A stretch of 64,000 bases of DNA from Sphyrna mokarran. Lineage: Eukaryota. The notes below the pieces were generated by a model. The model worked only from the letters and a program-made list of their open reading frames with translations, was not told the DNA's origin and ran no database searches. Every line of letters begins with the position of its first letter. The first letter of the stretch is position 1. A program made the translations under genes and the position numbers. This document shows positions 10,670-21,965 of the stretch, in pieces. Where the stretch lies: NCBI GenBank assembly GCA_024679065.1, contig JAGIQG010000048.1:124001-188000 (forward strand). The letters are read 5' to 3'.

Positions 10670-12720
10670 TGTGTGTGTGTGTGTGTGAACACTTTGTGAG
10701 CTACATTAATCTTTGGTCCTGAGTTAAATGTGTGTGTGTGTGTTAATGAAATTGTTCATTTGCCTGTGTTTGTTGATTTGTGTAGTTGCTGTTTTTGGTT
10801 GTATGTTTTGTTCTCCAGATATTGTGGATAAATGATTATTACTGTGTGAAGTCTCTGTGCATTTATTAACGTCTCTCTTAATGTGTGCACGTGTCTCTGC
10901 CTTTTTCAATGTGTTAATTTCTGTCAGTCGAGTAACGTTTCCTTCCCTTTCTGTGTGTTTGTTCCTTCGTGTATCTGTTAACATGTTACTGCATGTATAG
11001 CCATGTTGTTAGTTATTTATAGCGATGTGTCAGTGTATGTATATGTTTCCATGTGTAGTATTATGTGCTGTGGTGTTCTGTATGAGCATGTGAATGTTTG
11101 CATCCACATGTTTGCGTTTGTTCATCTATATGCTCTCTGTTCATCTATTTGCAGTGTGTTTATATTGTTATCTGTATCTCCCCGTATAAGTGATAATATG
11201 TATAACATTGTGGGTCTCTATTCATATCATTTCATTTCAGCGTGAACGTGTGAGAATATGTATTTGTTTGAGTGCATGTATGTGTTTGTATGTTTTGGAT
11301 CTGCATCAATGTTATCTGTTCGTATAGCACGTGTGCATACATGTGTTTGCGTTCAGGTCTGTGTACCCTGTCACATATGTTCAGGTGTGTGTGTACTTGT
11401 GTGTTTGTATGTGTTTCTGCATGTGTTTGTACATATTTGATAATTTGTGTGCATTTTTTTGTGCTTTCTTGTACAAGTACCTGTCTGAAATGTGTAGAGT
11501 ATAGGGCTAATGGTAGGACTCTTAATAGTGTTGATGAACAGAGGGATCTTGGTGTATATGTGCATAGATCCCTGAAAGTTGGCAATCAAGTCGATAAGGT
11601 TGTTAAGAAGGCATACGGAGTCTTAGCTGTTATTGGTAGGGGGACTGAATTTCGGAGCCGCAACGTCATGTTGCAACTGTACAAAACTCTAGTGCGGCCG
11701 CACTTGGAGTATTGTGTGCAGTCTGGTCCCCGCATTATAAGAAAGATGTGGAGGCATTGGAGAGGGTACAGAGGAGGTTTACCAGGATGTTGCCTGGTAT
11801 GGAGGGGCAGGTCTTATGAAGAGAGGCTGAGGGATTTGAGGTTGTTTTCGTTAGAAAGGAGGCGGCTAAGAGGGGACCTAATCGAAACATATAAGATGAT
11901 TAGAGGTTTAGATAGGGTGGACATTGATAGCCTTTTTCCTAGGATGGAGAAAGCTAGCACGAGGGGACACAGCTTTAAATTAAGGGGTGGTAGTTATAGG
12001 ACGGATGTCAGAGGTAGGTTCTTTACCAAGAGGGTGGTAAGGGTATGGAATGCCCTGCCTGCTGCAGTTGTAGATGCGCCAAGTTTGGTGGTGTTTAAGA
12101 GGTTAGTAGATAAGTTTATGGATGAAAAGGGAATGGTTTAGGTTAGAGGGTCACTGCTTTTTTCTAATTGGTTGGAGCAACATCGAAGGGCGAACAGCCT
12201 CTTCTGCGCTGTAATGTTCTATCTGTGTGGGTGTATGCCTGTGTGTTCTGTATATGTGTGGGTGTGTGTGTGTACATGGTGCGTGTGGGACAGAGAGAGA
12301 CCGAGAGCAAGAGAGAGTATTTGTGTATGGATGTATTTTTGTTTGTAGATGTGGTCCATTAGTGTATTTGTGGGACCGTGAGTGTTTGTACAGAAATTGT
12401 GTGTACTTATGGTCCGTGAATGTGCATTTGTATTTATGAATTTATCTGTGCTTTTTGCGTATGTATTCGTGTGTGTTGTGTATTTGTGTAAATCTGTGTC
12501 TGTATTTGAATGTGCCTGTCCATATTTCTGTGTGTGGGGCTATGTGTATGGGTTTGTGTGTATATTTATGTCCTATATTTGTGTGCATGTGTATTTGTGT
12601 GTATATTTGTGCAATTGTGTCCATGTGTCTGTATGTGTGTGTGTGTCAGTGTGAGTATGCGTGTGTGTTTGTGAGTGTGTCTGCACGCCCATGTGTGTAT
12701 TTATAATTCTGACAGTTTTC
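10670..12720. repeat. degenerate TG-rich low-complexity tract interrupted by a CR1
   Basis: (TG)/(TGTA)-rich sequence giving spurious CV-rich ORFs. Confidence 0.8.
11485..12225 (+). mobile_element. CR1/HER1 LINE 3' fragment
   Basis: EQRDLGV..LYKTLVRPHLEYCVQ..RLRGDLIETYK..WNALP; same subfamily as 36200-37250. Confidence 0.92.
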
Positions 12721-13705
12721 TGCAGCATTAGCAGTGTGTGTATTTTTTAAACTGTTGCACCAAGTTTTACCGACAATTGTTAAATGAATGTGATCCAGAG
12801 AACCTGAATAATGGAGCATATTTTCAGAGTTGTGCTGTATAAATGTACTGTGTGAGGGTGTTTTCAGGAGAGCAAATGAATAATTCATTGATGGATGGCA
12901 GGGACAGAACAGTGAAAACCAGGGAGGATTCTATTATCTGTTTAAATTTGTATTATGGGAAAATCAATGCCAGCACATGATTAACAGGAACAGTGTTGAA
13001 ATAGTTTTGAATTATGTTGCATATGTATGTATTACAATGGTTAAGATAATGATACTTCAACATCTGTAAGAAATTAACGAATTTGTACTGTTGGCAACTG
13101 GGTCCTTGTAGTAGACAGCCGTTCCCTTCCAAACACGGGAGAGAGAGCTCAGAGTTTACTTCTCTCTGATGGTTCTAACCATTGAGGAGGTGGAGGGAGA
13201 GTGAATTAAATAATGACATTCCCCCTCTTTTCATTGAGGAAGTTGTGGTGCATGGGTTAGCTGCTGCTCCTCCCCTCTCTTTGCTGGGTTAGTGGGAATC
13301 TAGGATGTTAACAATTTCACTCTCCCTCAATCCGATGGGGAGGGGGATGATTTCTCCATGTCTTTGTGTGTGACCCTCACTTCAGTTCCCAGTGGGTTTG
13401 GTGCAGCAGTTTAAAGCTGACATCTAAATTAAAGACATGGACAATGAGAGAAGCAGGGACACACAGAGGTCAAAATGTGTTTGTCAGAAGTGTTGAAATT
13501 ATCTTTTCCTCAGCTGGAGGAAAGTCAGTGAAGATATTTTGCAATGAACGGGCTCAACTCTAACCCTAACCCGTTGGGAGCCCTGGTTCAGCAATTTTAG
13601 GTCAAAGACCTGAGAATATTTGACTCAAATCAAAGATACTTAATGGAACTGAAAAACAACCAATTAAACAATTGGGTATTTCATTTCTCGTTAGAGGAAA
13701 ATGTT

Positions 13706-13720
13706 TTTATTATTTTTATT
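13706..13720 (-). terminator. poly(A) signals for secreted IgM mRNA
   Basis: Two AATAAA on the minus strand, ~30-40 nt after the secretory stop. Confidence 0.8.
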
Positions 13721-13747
13721 GAAGTTTTTAATGGAAGTGAGTGATTC

Positions 13748-14139
13748 TCATTGACAGGAATTAACAGTGTCCATCAGTGCAAGAGAAATGTTCACAAAAC
13801 TGGGTTTACCGCTGGATTTGTCAACTGTTCTGTTGATGATCTTCAAGGGGATGGCTTCATGTCCCACCACACAGGAGTAAGAAGCACCGCTGGACCATTC
13901 CTCTGCTGCAATGGATAACAGGCTGTACATGAAGAAGGAGTTATTGCCGTTCTCCGCCACCACCTCGGTGTTCCTGTAGTTCCCGGGATTCACCGGCTTG
14001 TCGTTGACGGTCCACTTGACGAAGATCTCTCGGGGGGAGAAACGTCTCACTAAGCAGCTGAGGGAGACGAATCTGTGAGCGGAGACTTCTTCTGCCGAGG
14101 GCAGGAGGACAGAGACCAACGGTTCCCGGGGGTTTGGAT
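13748..14139 (-). CDS. IGHM: IgM Cmu4 exon plus secretory tailpiece (internal donor to TM1 after 13810)
   Basis: CTGCAG|[56 protein letters not shown]|[21 protein letters not shown]; tail N-glycan NIS and penultimate Cys. Confidence 0.98.
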
Positions 14140-14574
14140 CTGCAGAAAATGTACAATGTCAATAAACTGGAGAATTCTGGAGACAATGAATGCTGGTTAG
14201 ATATCAGGAAAACGTGCTTGGCTGTTGATTTTAACTATTTCCATTTTTGAATTCCAGCTTGGAGGAGAGGTGAGCACAATTGTTTTCTCAAATAACCCAG
14301 AGGGGGGGCGGATTGGAAAGTTTACAGCCCAGAATCAGGCCACTCAGCCCAACTGGGCCACATTTTAGTTTTTGGTTTTTATGCTCCACATCAGGCTCCT
14401 CACTTCTTTTGCGATCTAAACCCAATAACATCGTCTTCAGTTCACTTTTTCATTCATCAAACTTCCCCGTAAAAATATCCATCGGCCCAGTTGGGGGCGA
14501 GACCATTCATGCACTGAATATTAACTATTGACCAGCAAACTTCCCCTGGAGATAGACACAGTGATGCAATTATA

Positions 14575-15300
14575 TAGAAACATAGACCAGGACAGCATAG
14601 CACAGGCCCTTCGGCCCCTCGATGTTGTACCGAGCTATGTCCCAACTTAAGATCAAGCTATCCCACTCCCTATCATTCCGGTGTGCTCCATGTGTCTATC
14701 CAATAACCGCTTGAAAGTTCCTAAAGTGTCCGACTCCATTATCACAGCAGGCAGTGCATTCCACACCCCAACCACTGAGTGAAGAATCTCCCTCGGACAT
14801 CCCTCCTATATCTCCCACCATGAACCTAATAATTCATGCCCCCTAGTAACAGCTACATCCACCTGGGGAAATAGTCTCTGCACATCCACTCTATCAATCC
14901 CCCTCATCATCTTATAAACCTCTACTAAGTCACCTCTCATCCCCCTCCACTCTAAAGAGAAAAGCCCCAGCTCCCTCAACCTTTCCTCATAAGACCTACC
15001 CTCCAAACCCAGGCAGCATCCTGGCAAATCTCCTCTGCACTCTCTCCAATGCTTCCACATCCTTCTTATAGCGAGGTGACCAGAACTGAACAATATTCCA
15101 AAAGTGGTCTCACCAAGGTCCAGTATAGTTACAGCATAACCCCACGGCTCTGAAACTCAAACCCCCTGTTAATAAACACTAACACACTAAAAGCTTCTTC
15201 ATGGCTCTATCCACTTGAGTGGCAACCTTCAGAGATCTGTGGGTATGAACCCCAAGATCTCTGTTCCTCCACATTCCTCAGAACGCTGCCATTGACCCTA
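14575..15300 (-). mobile_element. CR1/HER1 LINE 3' fragment in the Cmu3-Cmu4 intron
   Basis: [23 protein letters not shown]. Confidence 0.9.
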
Positions 15301-15327
15301 CATTATTGTCTCAATCTCTCAGCTCAC

Positions 15328-15636
15328 CTGTTTCCTTGTGGATAGATGTTCTTAAAGGAGTCGGCAGGTCCTGATGGCTCACCACACACTCAAACACAAC
15401 CGCGTTCAGCCAGGCTTGTGTCGAGGCGTTTAATTTGCTGATCACACTGTCAGGATTCGTTCCTGGCTTTTCAGCAATCTCTGATTTCACATACTTCCCC
15501 TCTTGGATCCAGGACACGTTAACTCCATAAGGAGCATTGGAAATGATGCAGGTTAAAGTCACGGGCGCCTCCAGTAAGACCTGCTCTACTCGGGGTGGCT
15601 GGATCTTCACTGTGGAATCAGGGCACGGATCAGGAC
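15328..15636 (-). CDS. IGHM: IgM Cmu3 exon
   Basis: CACAG|[47 protein letters not shown]|GTGAG; 309 nt, phase 1/1. Confidence 0.97.
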
Positions 15637-15709
15637 CTGTGAATGAGAAATGAAAATGAACCCCAGTTCCCTCTTCAGAAGCAGGACAGTAATCTTCATC
15701 CTGAAGGAG

Positions 15710-16190
15710 AAGGTTGACCAGGCTGATACCGGAGATGAAGTGGCGGTTAGCCTATGGGGAGAGATTGAATAGACTGGGCCTGTACTTGTTAGAGTTCAGA
15801 AGGTTGAGGGGGGGGAATCTTATAGAGACATAAGATAATGAAGGGGATGGATAGGGCAGAGGGAGAGAGATTCTTCCTACTTAGAAAGGAAACCAGAACC
15901 AGAGGGGGCACAGCCTCAAAATAAGGAGGGGCCGCTGTTTAGAACAGAGTTGAGGAGGAACTTCTTCACTCAAAGGATGGTGAATCGTTGGAATTCTCAT
16001 TGAAGTGGTGGAGGCTCCCTCGCTGAATGTATTTAACTCACGGGTAGATGGGGTTCTGATAGACAAGGGCATTGAGGGTTCTGGGGAGAAAGTGGAACTG
16101 ATCCACTTCAGTTCAGTCATGATCTTATTGAATGGTGGGGCAGGCTCGAAGGAGCAGGAGTCGGCCGTCCAACCCTATTTCTTATGTTCT
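15710..16190 (+). mobile_element. CR1 LINE 3' fragment
   Basis: Same subfamily as 37505-38230 and 43600-44237. Confidence 0.85.
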
Positions 16191-17035
16191 TACGAGGCGA
16201 GATTGCCTTCAATATATCGATCTCTAACTATCACTTTTCAACTTCCATGGCGAATGGAAAACCAGCTTGCTCTATGAAATGATTCCCTGTATTAAATATT
16301 GTAGCAGCGGTACCATTTCCACGAATCAGCATTGCAGAATTCCCAAACAAATACACCATCCTGAACTCAGGGGAAAAACACCGACCATTGGTTTATAAAC
16401 AGGGTGGTAAAATATTGGAGAAACTTTCCAATATTTTACCCCTGTGCTCTGAGCTGTGAAACAGTCTGACCTCTACTCTCTCTCCAAACCTTACCAGCTG
16501 TCTCAGGAGAAGCTGACATCAAGGCCACCTCGCTCACTATATTAGTTCAAACCGGAAGGGGGCTCTCTTTCAAGGGGAGGCAGTGATATATGGCGTTGTC
16601 AATGAACTTGTAACCTTGGGCAAGACTTTGGAGGCACAGATTCAAATCTCATCATTGCAAATGTGAAATTTGAATTTTATAAACATCTATAATTTGAAAT
16701 GGAAATGGTTATCGTGAAGCCATTGCTCTCAAACCCCTCCAAGTTCACAAATGCTCCTTAGCAAAATAAACCTGCTGTTTTTATCTGGCCTGGCATGCAT
16801 GTGACTCCAGATTCACAGCAACCTGGTTGACATTTAAGTGCCCCTGGGTTTGGGGAGTAAATGCACATCTCATGAAGGAATAACAAGGAATTGTTTTTCC
16901 TAATTAAACTCTGAAGGAGGCATTGTCCTAATGCAGCAAACTGCATGAAGTTGTTCTACGTGTTGTATTGACTTTAATAGATCCCTAATTCCAATTAACA
17001 TCGGAATGATAAATTTTGTCCTCTGAGTCTCTTAC

Positions 17036-17353
17036 CCTGAGATGCGCTGATGTTCTGACTCTGGGTGACTCCGTCCTGAGTGACCTGGCAGGTATAGACC
17101 GCTTTGCTGTACCATTCCCCAGCGAAGACTGTCAACCGACTGCTGGCCGAGAAGTTCCCGTTCACTTCACAGGGGGCAACAGTGACAATTCCTGAATCCA
17201 CACGTTGTCCATTCTTCAGCCACTTCACCGTCATTGATCCTGGCTGGAAATCGAAGATTGAACAGACCATGGTTGCTGATTTGCTGCTTGAGATTTGTTC
17301 ACCGGAACTCACGGTGAGGATAACGGTTGGATGGATAGGATGCGGCCCAGGGC
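17036..17353 (-). CDS. IGHM: IgM Cmu2 exon
   Basis: GAAG|[51 protein letters not shown]|GTAAG; 318 nt, phase 1/1. Confidence 0.97.
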
Positions 17354-17566
17354 CTTCAGGAAAAAACAAAACATATTAGTCATTTCCTGCAGAAGATGTG
17401 GATCAATTCAACTTTTGTCTATATTACTAATGCATTTGCAGTCAATAGACACTAACCGGACCAATCCAGAGGGCCCGATTATGCACATCTATTTAAATGA
17501 GCTATAACCAAAGCCCAACATGTTAACCACAGTGTTTCTCTTTTACACAAGCTGCACAACACTTAC

Positions 17567-17866
17567 ATGGAATTGGAACGGTCTTGGAAAAGTCAAGATG
17601 TCGAACCTCACAGCCAATATTGGGGCATTTTCCCGATGAGTCGCTGATGGTGAACTGGCTGCTCAGGGTGTAGGTTCCCTTAGTGTTTCTCACTGATGGG
17701 AAAGTCTTAAACCCAGAGTTGATGGTCTGCCCATCTTTCTTCCAGGTCAGTTTGGAGACATCTGGATTGTAATCCATCGCCAAACAGCCGTAGGTGATGG
17801 AGCTGTCGGAGCTCTGTTGCCCACAGGAGGAGATCAGGCCGTAGACAGTGGGTGAAGATGGTGTCG
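17567..17866 (-). CDS. IGHM: IgM Cmu1 exon
   Basis: CTAG|ATPSSPTVYGLISSCGQQSSDSSITYGCLAMDY..WKKDG..GCEVRHLDFSKTVPIP T|GTAAGT; 300 nt, phase 1/1. Confidence 0.97.
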
Positions 17867-18419
17867 CTAGGAAAAAAAAATAGCCAATTGAACAAGTTAG
17901 ACTCTTATTTGTGTTTATTCAGTCAACAAACTTGTTACAACTAGGTTTCTATAGTAGATATAGCTCTTGGTGAGAAAGGGATGAAGGGATATGGGAAATA
18001 GGCATGATCAGGATATTGATGAGCTCTGTGAATGGCAGCGTAAGCTCAAAGTGCCGAATGGCCTACTCCTGCTTCTATCTCGAACGTTGATTGGAATTAG
18101 AGGGCCGAAGGGCCTATACTGCACTGTAATGTTCTATGTTCCATTCTGAACTTATCCCAACATTTCTCCATTGAAACTTCCATCCACCTTTGAGATTATG
18201 TTACTTCTTTCATTTGGGAATCGTCATCTCTGTAGGAACTCAAATCCCTGTCTCCGCCTCCATCAAATTCAGAAGGAAATAAACATTCCAATAGTCTCTA
18301 AATGACGTCTCATTCATTGGATTAATAGAGAACAGGAAAGATTCTCTCTATTATTTGTAACCATTTGTTTCTCAAACAACAGCACTTTGTGATGAAGAAG
18401 TTCTCTTCATTCAGATCAT

Positions 18420-18532
18420 CCACTCACCTGATGAAGGAGCTCCAACAGCTCGTGATTCCAAATAAACTTTAACCCGGTGTTGGGAGATTCCTTACTGTGT
18501 CCACACCAACCTATCACCGGCATCTCCACACT
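18420..18532 (+). mobile_element. Penelope-like terminal remnant
   Basis: CACTCACCTGATGAAGGAGCTCC..AAATAAAC..CCGGCATCTCCACA; hammerhead core damaged. Confidence 0.6.
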
Positions 18533-19369
18533 AGTTTTGGAAATTGCCTGTGTTCAAACTGATTGATGTCCCTCCCTCTCTCCAACTCACTGCCTCTCAC
18601 TCCACAGAAAGATTAGTGACTTTGCTTCAAAAATACCTTTGGAATGAATACTTACTGAATGATCAGGAAATTCTAAACGTGATTACAGATTCAAATAAAT
18701 GCAACATTGAAGGATCACACGTTAATGTTGAGCCCGATTGAGTGCCCCATCTTTCAGAGTTGGCCCATTCGGCCCTGAAAGGCCTCCTCCTCATTCACTC
18801 CTCTTTCCTCCTTTCTCCCCAACTCTGACCTTCTCCCCCTGACTCTCCTGCCCTTTCCCTCAGCTCTCTGCCTTTTCTTCTGCCTCCCTGCCCCTTTATC
18901 GTGCCCCCATTTTTCCCCCTTGTTCTCTCCCCTTTCCCTGGTCTCTCTCCTCTTTCCCCTTACTCTCTGCCCTTTCCTCCGGCTGTGTGGCCTTTCCCCC
19001 CGCTCTCTGTTCCCCTTCCCCTCAGCCCCTGTCCTTGCCTGGCTCTTTGCCATTATCCCCTGGCCCCCGAGCTCCCAGCGATTCCCTCCAGCTCTCTACT
19101 CTCCCAGGGCAGCTCGCGACATGTTGAATCGCCAAACTGCTACTTGAGCTCTTTCTTTGCCTGTTGTCGACTCCCCACACAGATTCAGTGAGTCTGAGTG
19201 AGGATGTCACGTGGGCTGGAGTGAGTGAATTGACTGCGAGAAGAGTGGATGAGTTGGTGGTGCTCTCATGAATGACAAGAAGGTGGGGTAAGTGAATGAC
19301 GGTTAGTGAGGGAAGTGTTGAGTGGGATGAATGATTGAGGATCTTGAGTTACGGTGCCTGCATTTTACC

Positions 19370-19690
19370 TAGAACATTACGCACAAACAGGCCCTCAGCC
19401 ACAAGTTGTGCCAATCTATCTATATCTGTAACTCCCAATCCCATTAAATCCCATGTACTCATCCAGAAGTCTCTTAAAAGACCCCAGCGAGTTCGCCTCT
19501 ACCACCACTGACGGCAGCGACCATTTCAGCCCTGGCAAATAGCCTCTGAGAATCCACTCTATCTATTCCTCTCAACATCTTATAAACCTCTATCAGGTCG
19601 CCTCTCAACCTTCGTCTCTCCAGGGAGAAGAGTCCCAGCTCCCTCAACCTAAGGCCTGCCCCCCAATCCAGGCAACATCCTTGTAAATCT
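19370..19690 (-). mobile_element. CR1/HER1 LINE 3' fragment, internally deleted
   Basis: Reverse complement of the 4530-5035 subfamily. Confidence 0.85.
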
Positions 19691-19929
19691 AATATTGGAT
19701 GGAATGTCCCATTGATGAAGCGATAGAAGATTGTTGGTCCCAGAACAGTCCCCGGCCAAACTCCTGCAGTGATATCTCAGCTGAGATGTTTGACCTCCAA
19801 CAACCATTACCATCTTGCTTTGTGCTAAGAATGACTCCAAACAGAAGAATTTCCCACTGGAACTTATCTACTTGAATATTAATCAGGCTCCTCGATCCCA
19901 CTTCATTCAAATGTTACGGGAGGGGGTGG

Positions 19930-20220
19930 GGAGGCACAGCACTGCTGCTTCACAGTTCAAATCCTGACTTGGGTCACCGTCTGTGTGGAGTTTGCAAGTT
20001 CACCCTGTGTCTGTTTGGGTTTCCTCCGGGTGCTCCTGTTTCCTCCCACAGTGCGGGGTTTAATTGATTGACCGCGTTAAGTTGCCCCTTGGTGTCAGAG
20101 GGAATTGTAAATACTTTACGTTACGGGGATAGGGCTTCCGTGGGATTGCTGTTGGTGCAGAGTCGATGGGCTGAATGGCCCCCTTCTGCTCTAGGATCCT
20201 ATGATTCTATTCTATGTTAT
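19930..20220 (+). mobile_element. HE1/V-SINE
   Basis: GCACTGCTGCTTCACAG head remnant, V-domain, (ATTCT)n tail. Confidence 0.75.
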
Positions 20221-20229
20221 CAAAAATTG

Positions 20230-21965
20230 TCACTGACGTATGTGAGATGGAAAGTGTGAGAGAGGGTGTGTGGGTGTAAGTGTGTGAGAGAGAGATAATG
20301 TGCGTGTTATAGTGCCTGTGTGTGATAGACCATATTGGCACACGTGAGACAGTGGGCTGTGTGTGCAAGAGGGGAGAGTGTACATGACAGCAAGTGTGTG
20401 AGAGATGATAATGTGTGTGAGAATTAATATGTGTTTGAACAGTTGTTTATGTCAGGGTGTCCCTTCTTGAAAGTGTGTGTGTGAGAGAGTGTGTGTGTAG
20501 AGGTGGGGAGAGTGTGCATGTGTGTGTGAGGAGGTGGGGAGAGTGTGCACGGTGGGGGGTTTGAGAGAGACAGTTCTTCAGTGTGTGATTGAGTGTGTGT
20601 TAATGTGAAATGAAGTGTGTCTATAGGAGATAAAGTCTGTCTGTGAAACAGAGTGTGTGTGCTTGAGAGGAAGGGTATGTGTGTGTTGAAGAGACTGTTG
20701 TGTTCATGAGAGACAGGGAGTACCTATTGGGAAACAAAATAATAGTTTGATGAGTGTCTGAAAGTGTGCAAGGGATTGCACCCGAGTGAGAAGGATGTGT
20801 GCAATGTGTTCGATTGTGTGAGGCAGAGAGAGATGTTTATTAGGTGTGAGAGAGAGAGGTTGTGTGTGGTTTATGTGTGAGTGTCAGACATATGAGTGTT
20901 TTTGTAAATGTGTGTAGGAGACAGTGGTCTGTGTGTCCAAGAAGAGAGACAGGATATGTGAGAATGTGATATGTGAGAAAGAGAGTGTGTTTAATGAGTT
21001 ATTCTTTATGTGTGAGAGAGTGTGTCTCTGTTCTTCAGTGTGTGTGTGTGTAAAGGCAGGGAGAATGTGTGTGAGAGAGAAAGTGTGAAAATTAAACAGA
21101 GGGGATGTGTGAGTGAAGTAACTGTTGTGAGAACATGTGTCTGTGATAGGTGGAGTGTTTGTGTTTACATTTGTGTCCGTGTGTGAGACGGAGAGAGTGT
21201 GTGCATGTGAGAGAGAGGCTGTTTGTGGGAGACAGTGTTTGAGAGCAAGATTGTGCATGTGTGAGATTATGTTTAAGGGAGGGAGCGTAAGAAAGAAATC
21301 TATCTTGAGAGAGAGAGAATGTATGTGTTTGTATGAGAGAGCGAGCATGTGAATGAGAGAGAGAGGAAGTGAGAATACGGAAGGGGGAATGTGAAAGAGA
21401 TAGTGTGTGTGTGTGAGAGAGAGAGGGAGAATGCGTGCACGCATCTGCTTCTGTGAGAGACAGTGTCTGCGTTTAAGAGGGTGTGTTAGAGTGTGTTTGA
21501 GAGAGAGTGTTTGTAAGAGAGCCAGTGTGCGAGGGCAAGAATGTGTGAGAGAGTGTGTGCAAGAGAGATAAATTATATGCATGGGTGTTTGTGAGAAAGA
21601 GAGAGACATGTGTGTGCAAGAGAAATTGTGAAAGAGCGTGGGTGAAAAAAATGAGAGACAGCTTGAACATACATAAGAGAGTGTGGGACACAGAGAGAGA
21701 GCGAAAATGTGAGGGACTGTTTGTGAGAGAGTGTGTCTGTGTGTATGGCAGAACGCGTGTGGTTGTTTGTACGTTTTGTGTGTTGAGCATAAGACGGTGA
21801 ATGAGCGAGCGAGTGTAAGTATGTATTCAGATTTGAGTGTGTGCAGAACGAGAGAGAGAGAGAATGTGTATAGTTGTGTGTGAGAGAGACAACAAGTGTG
21901 AGTATGTATGTGTGAGAGAATATGAGTGTGTGTATGTGGATATTTACGTGTGGGAGAGTGTGTAA
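20230..21965. repeat. ~1.7-kb degenerate (TG)/(GA) tract in the JH-Cmu intron
   Basis: Continuous GTGTGAGAGA-type sequence. Confidence 0.85.

Noticed and set aside
11272-12141. 289-aa ORF
   Set aside because: TG-repeat translation fused to a frameshifted CR1 RT fragment; not a gene
13559-13572. CTAACCCTAACCC telomere-like motif
   Set aside because: Only two units, expected by chance
20884-21800. His/Thr/Leu-rich or Cys/Val/Arg-rich ORFs
   Set aside because: Translations of the TG/GA low-complexity tract
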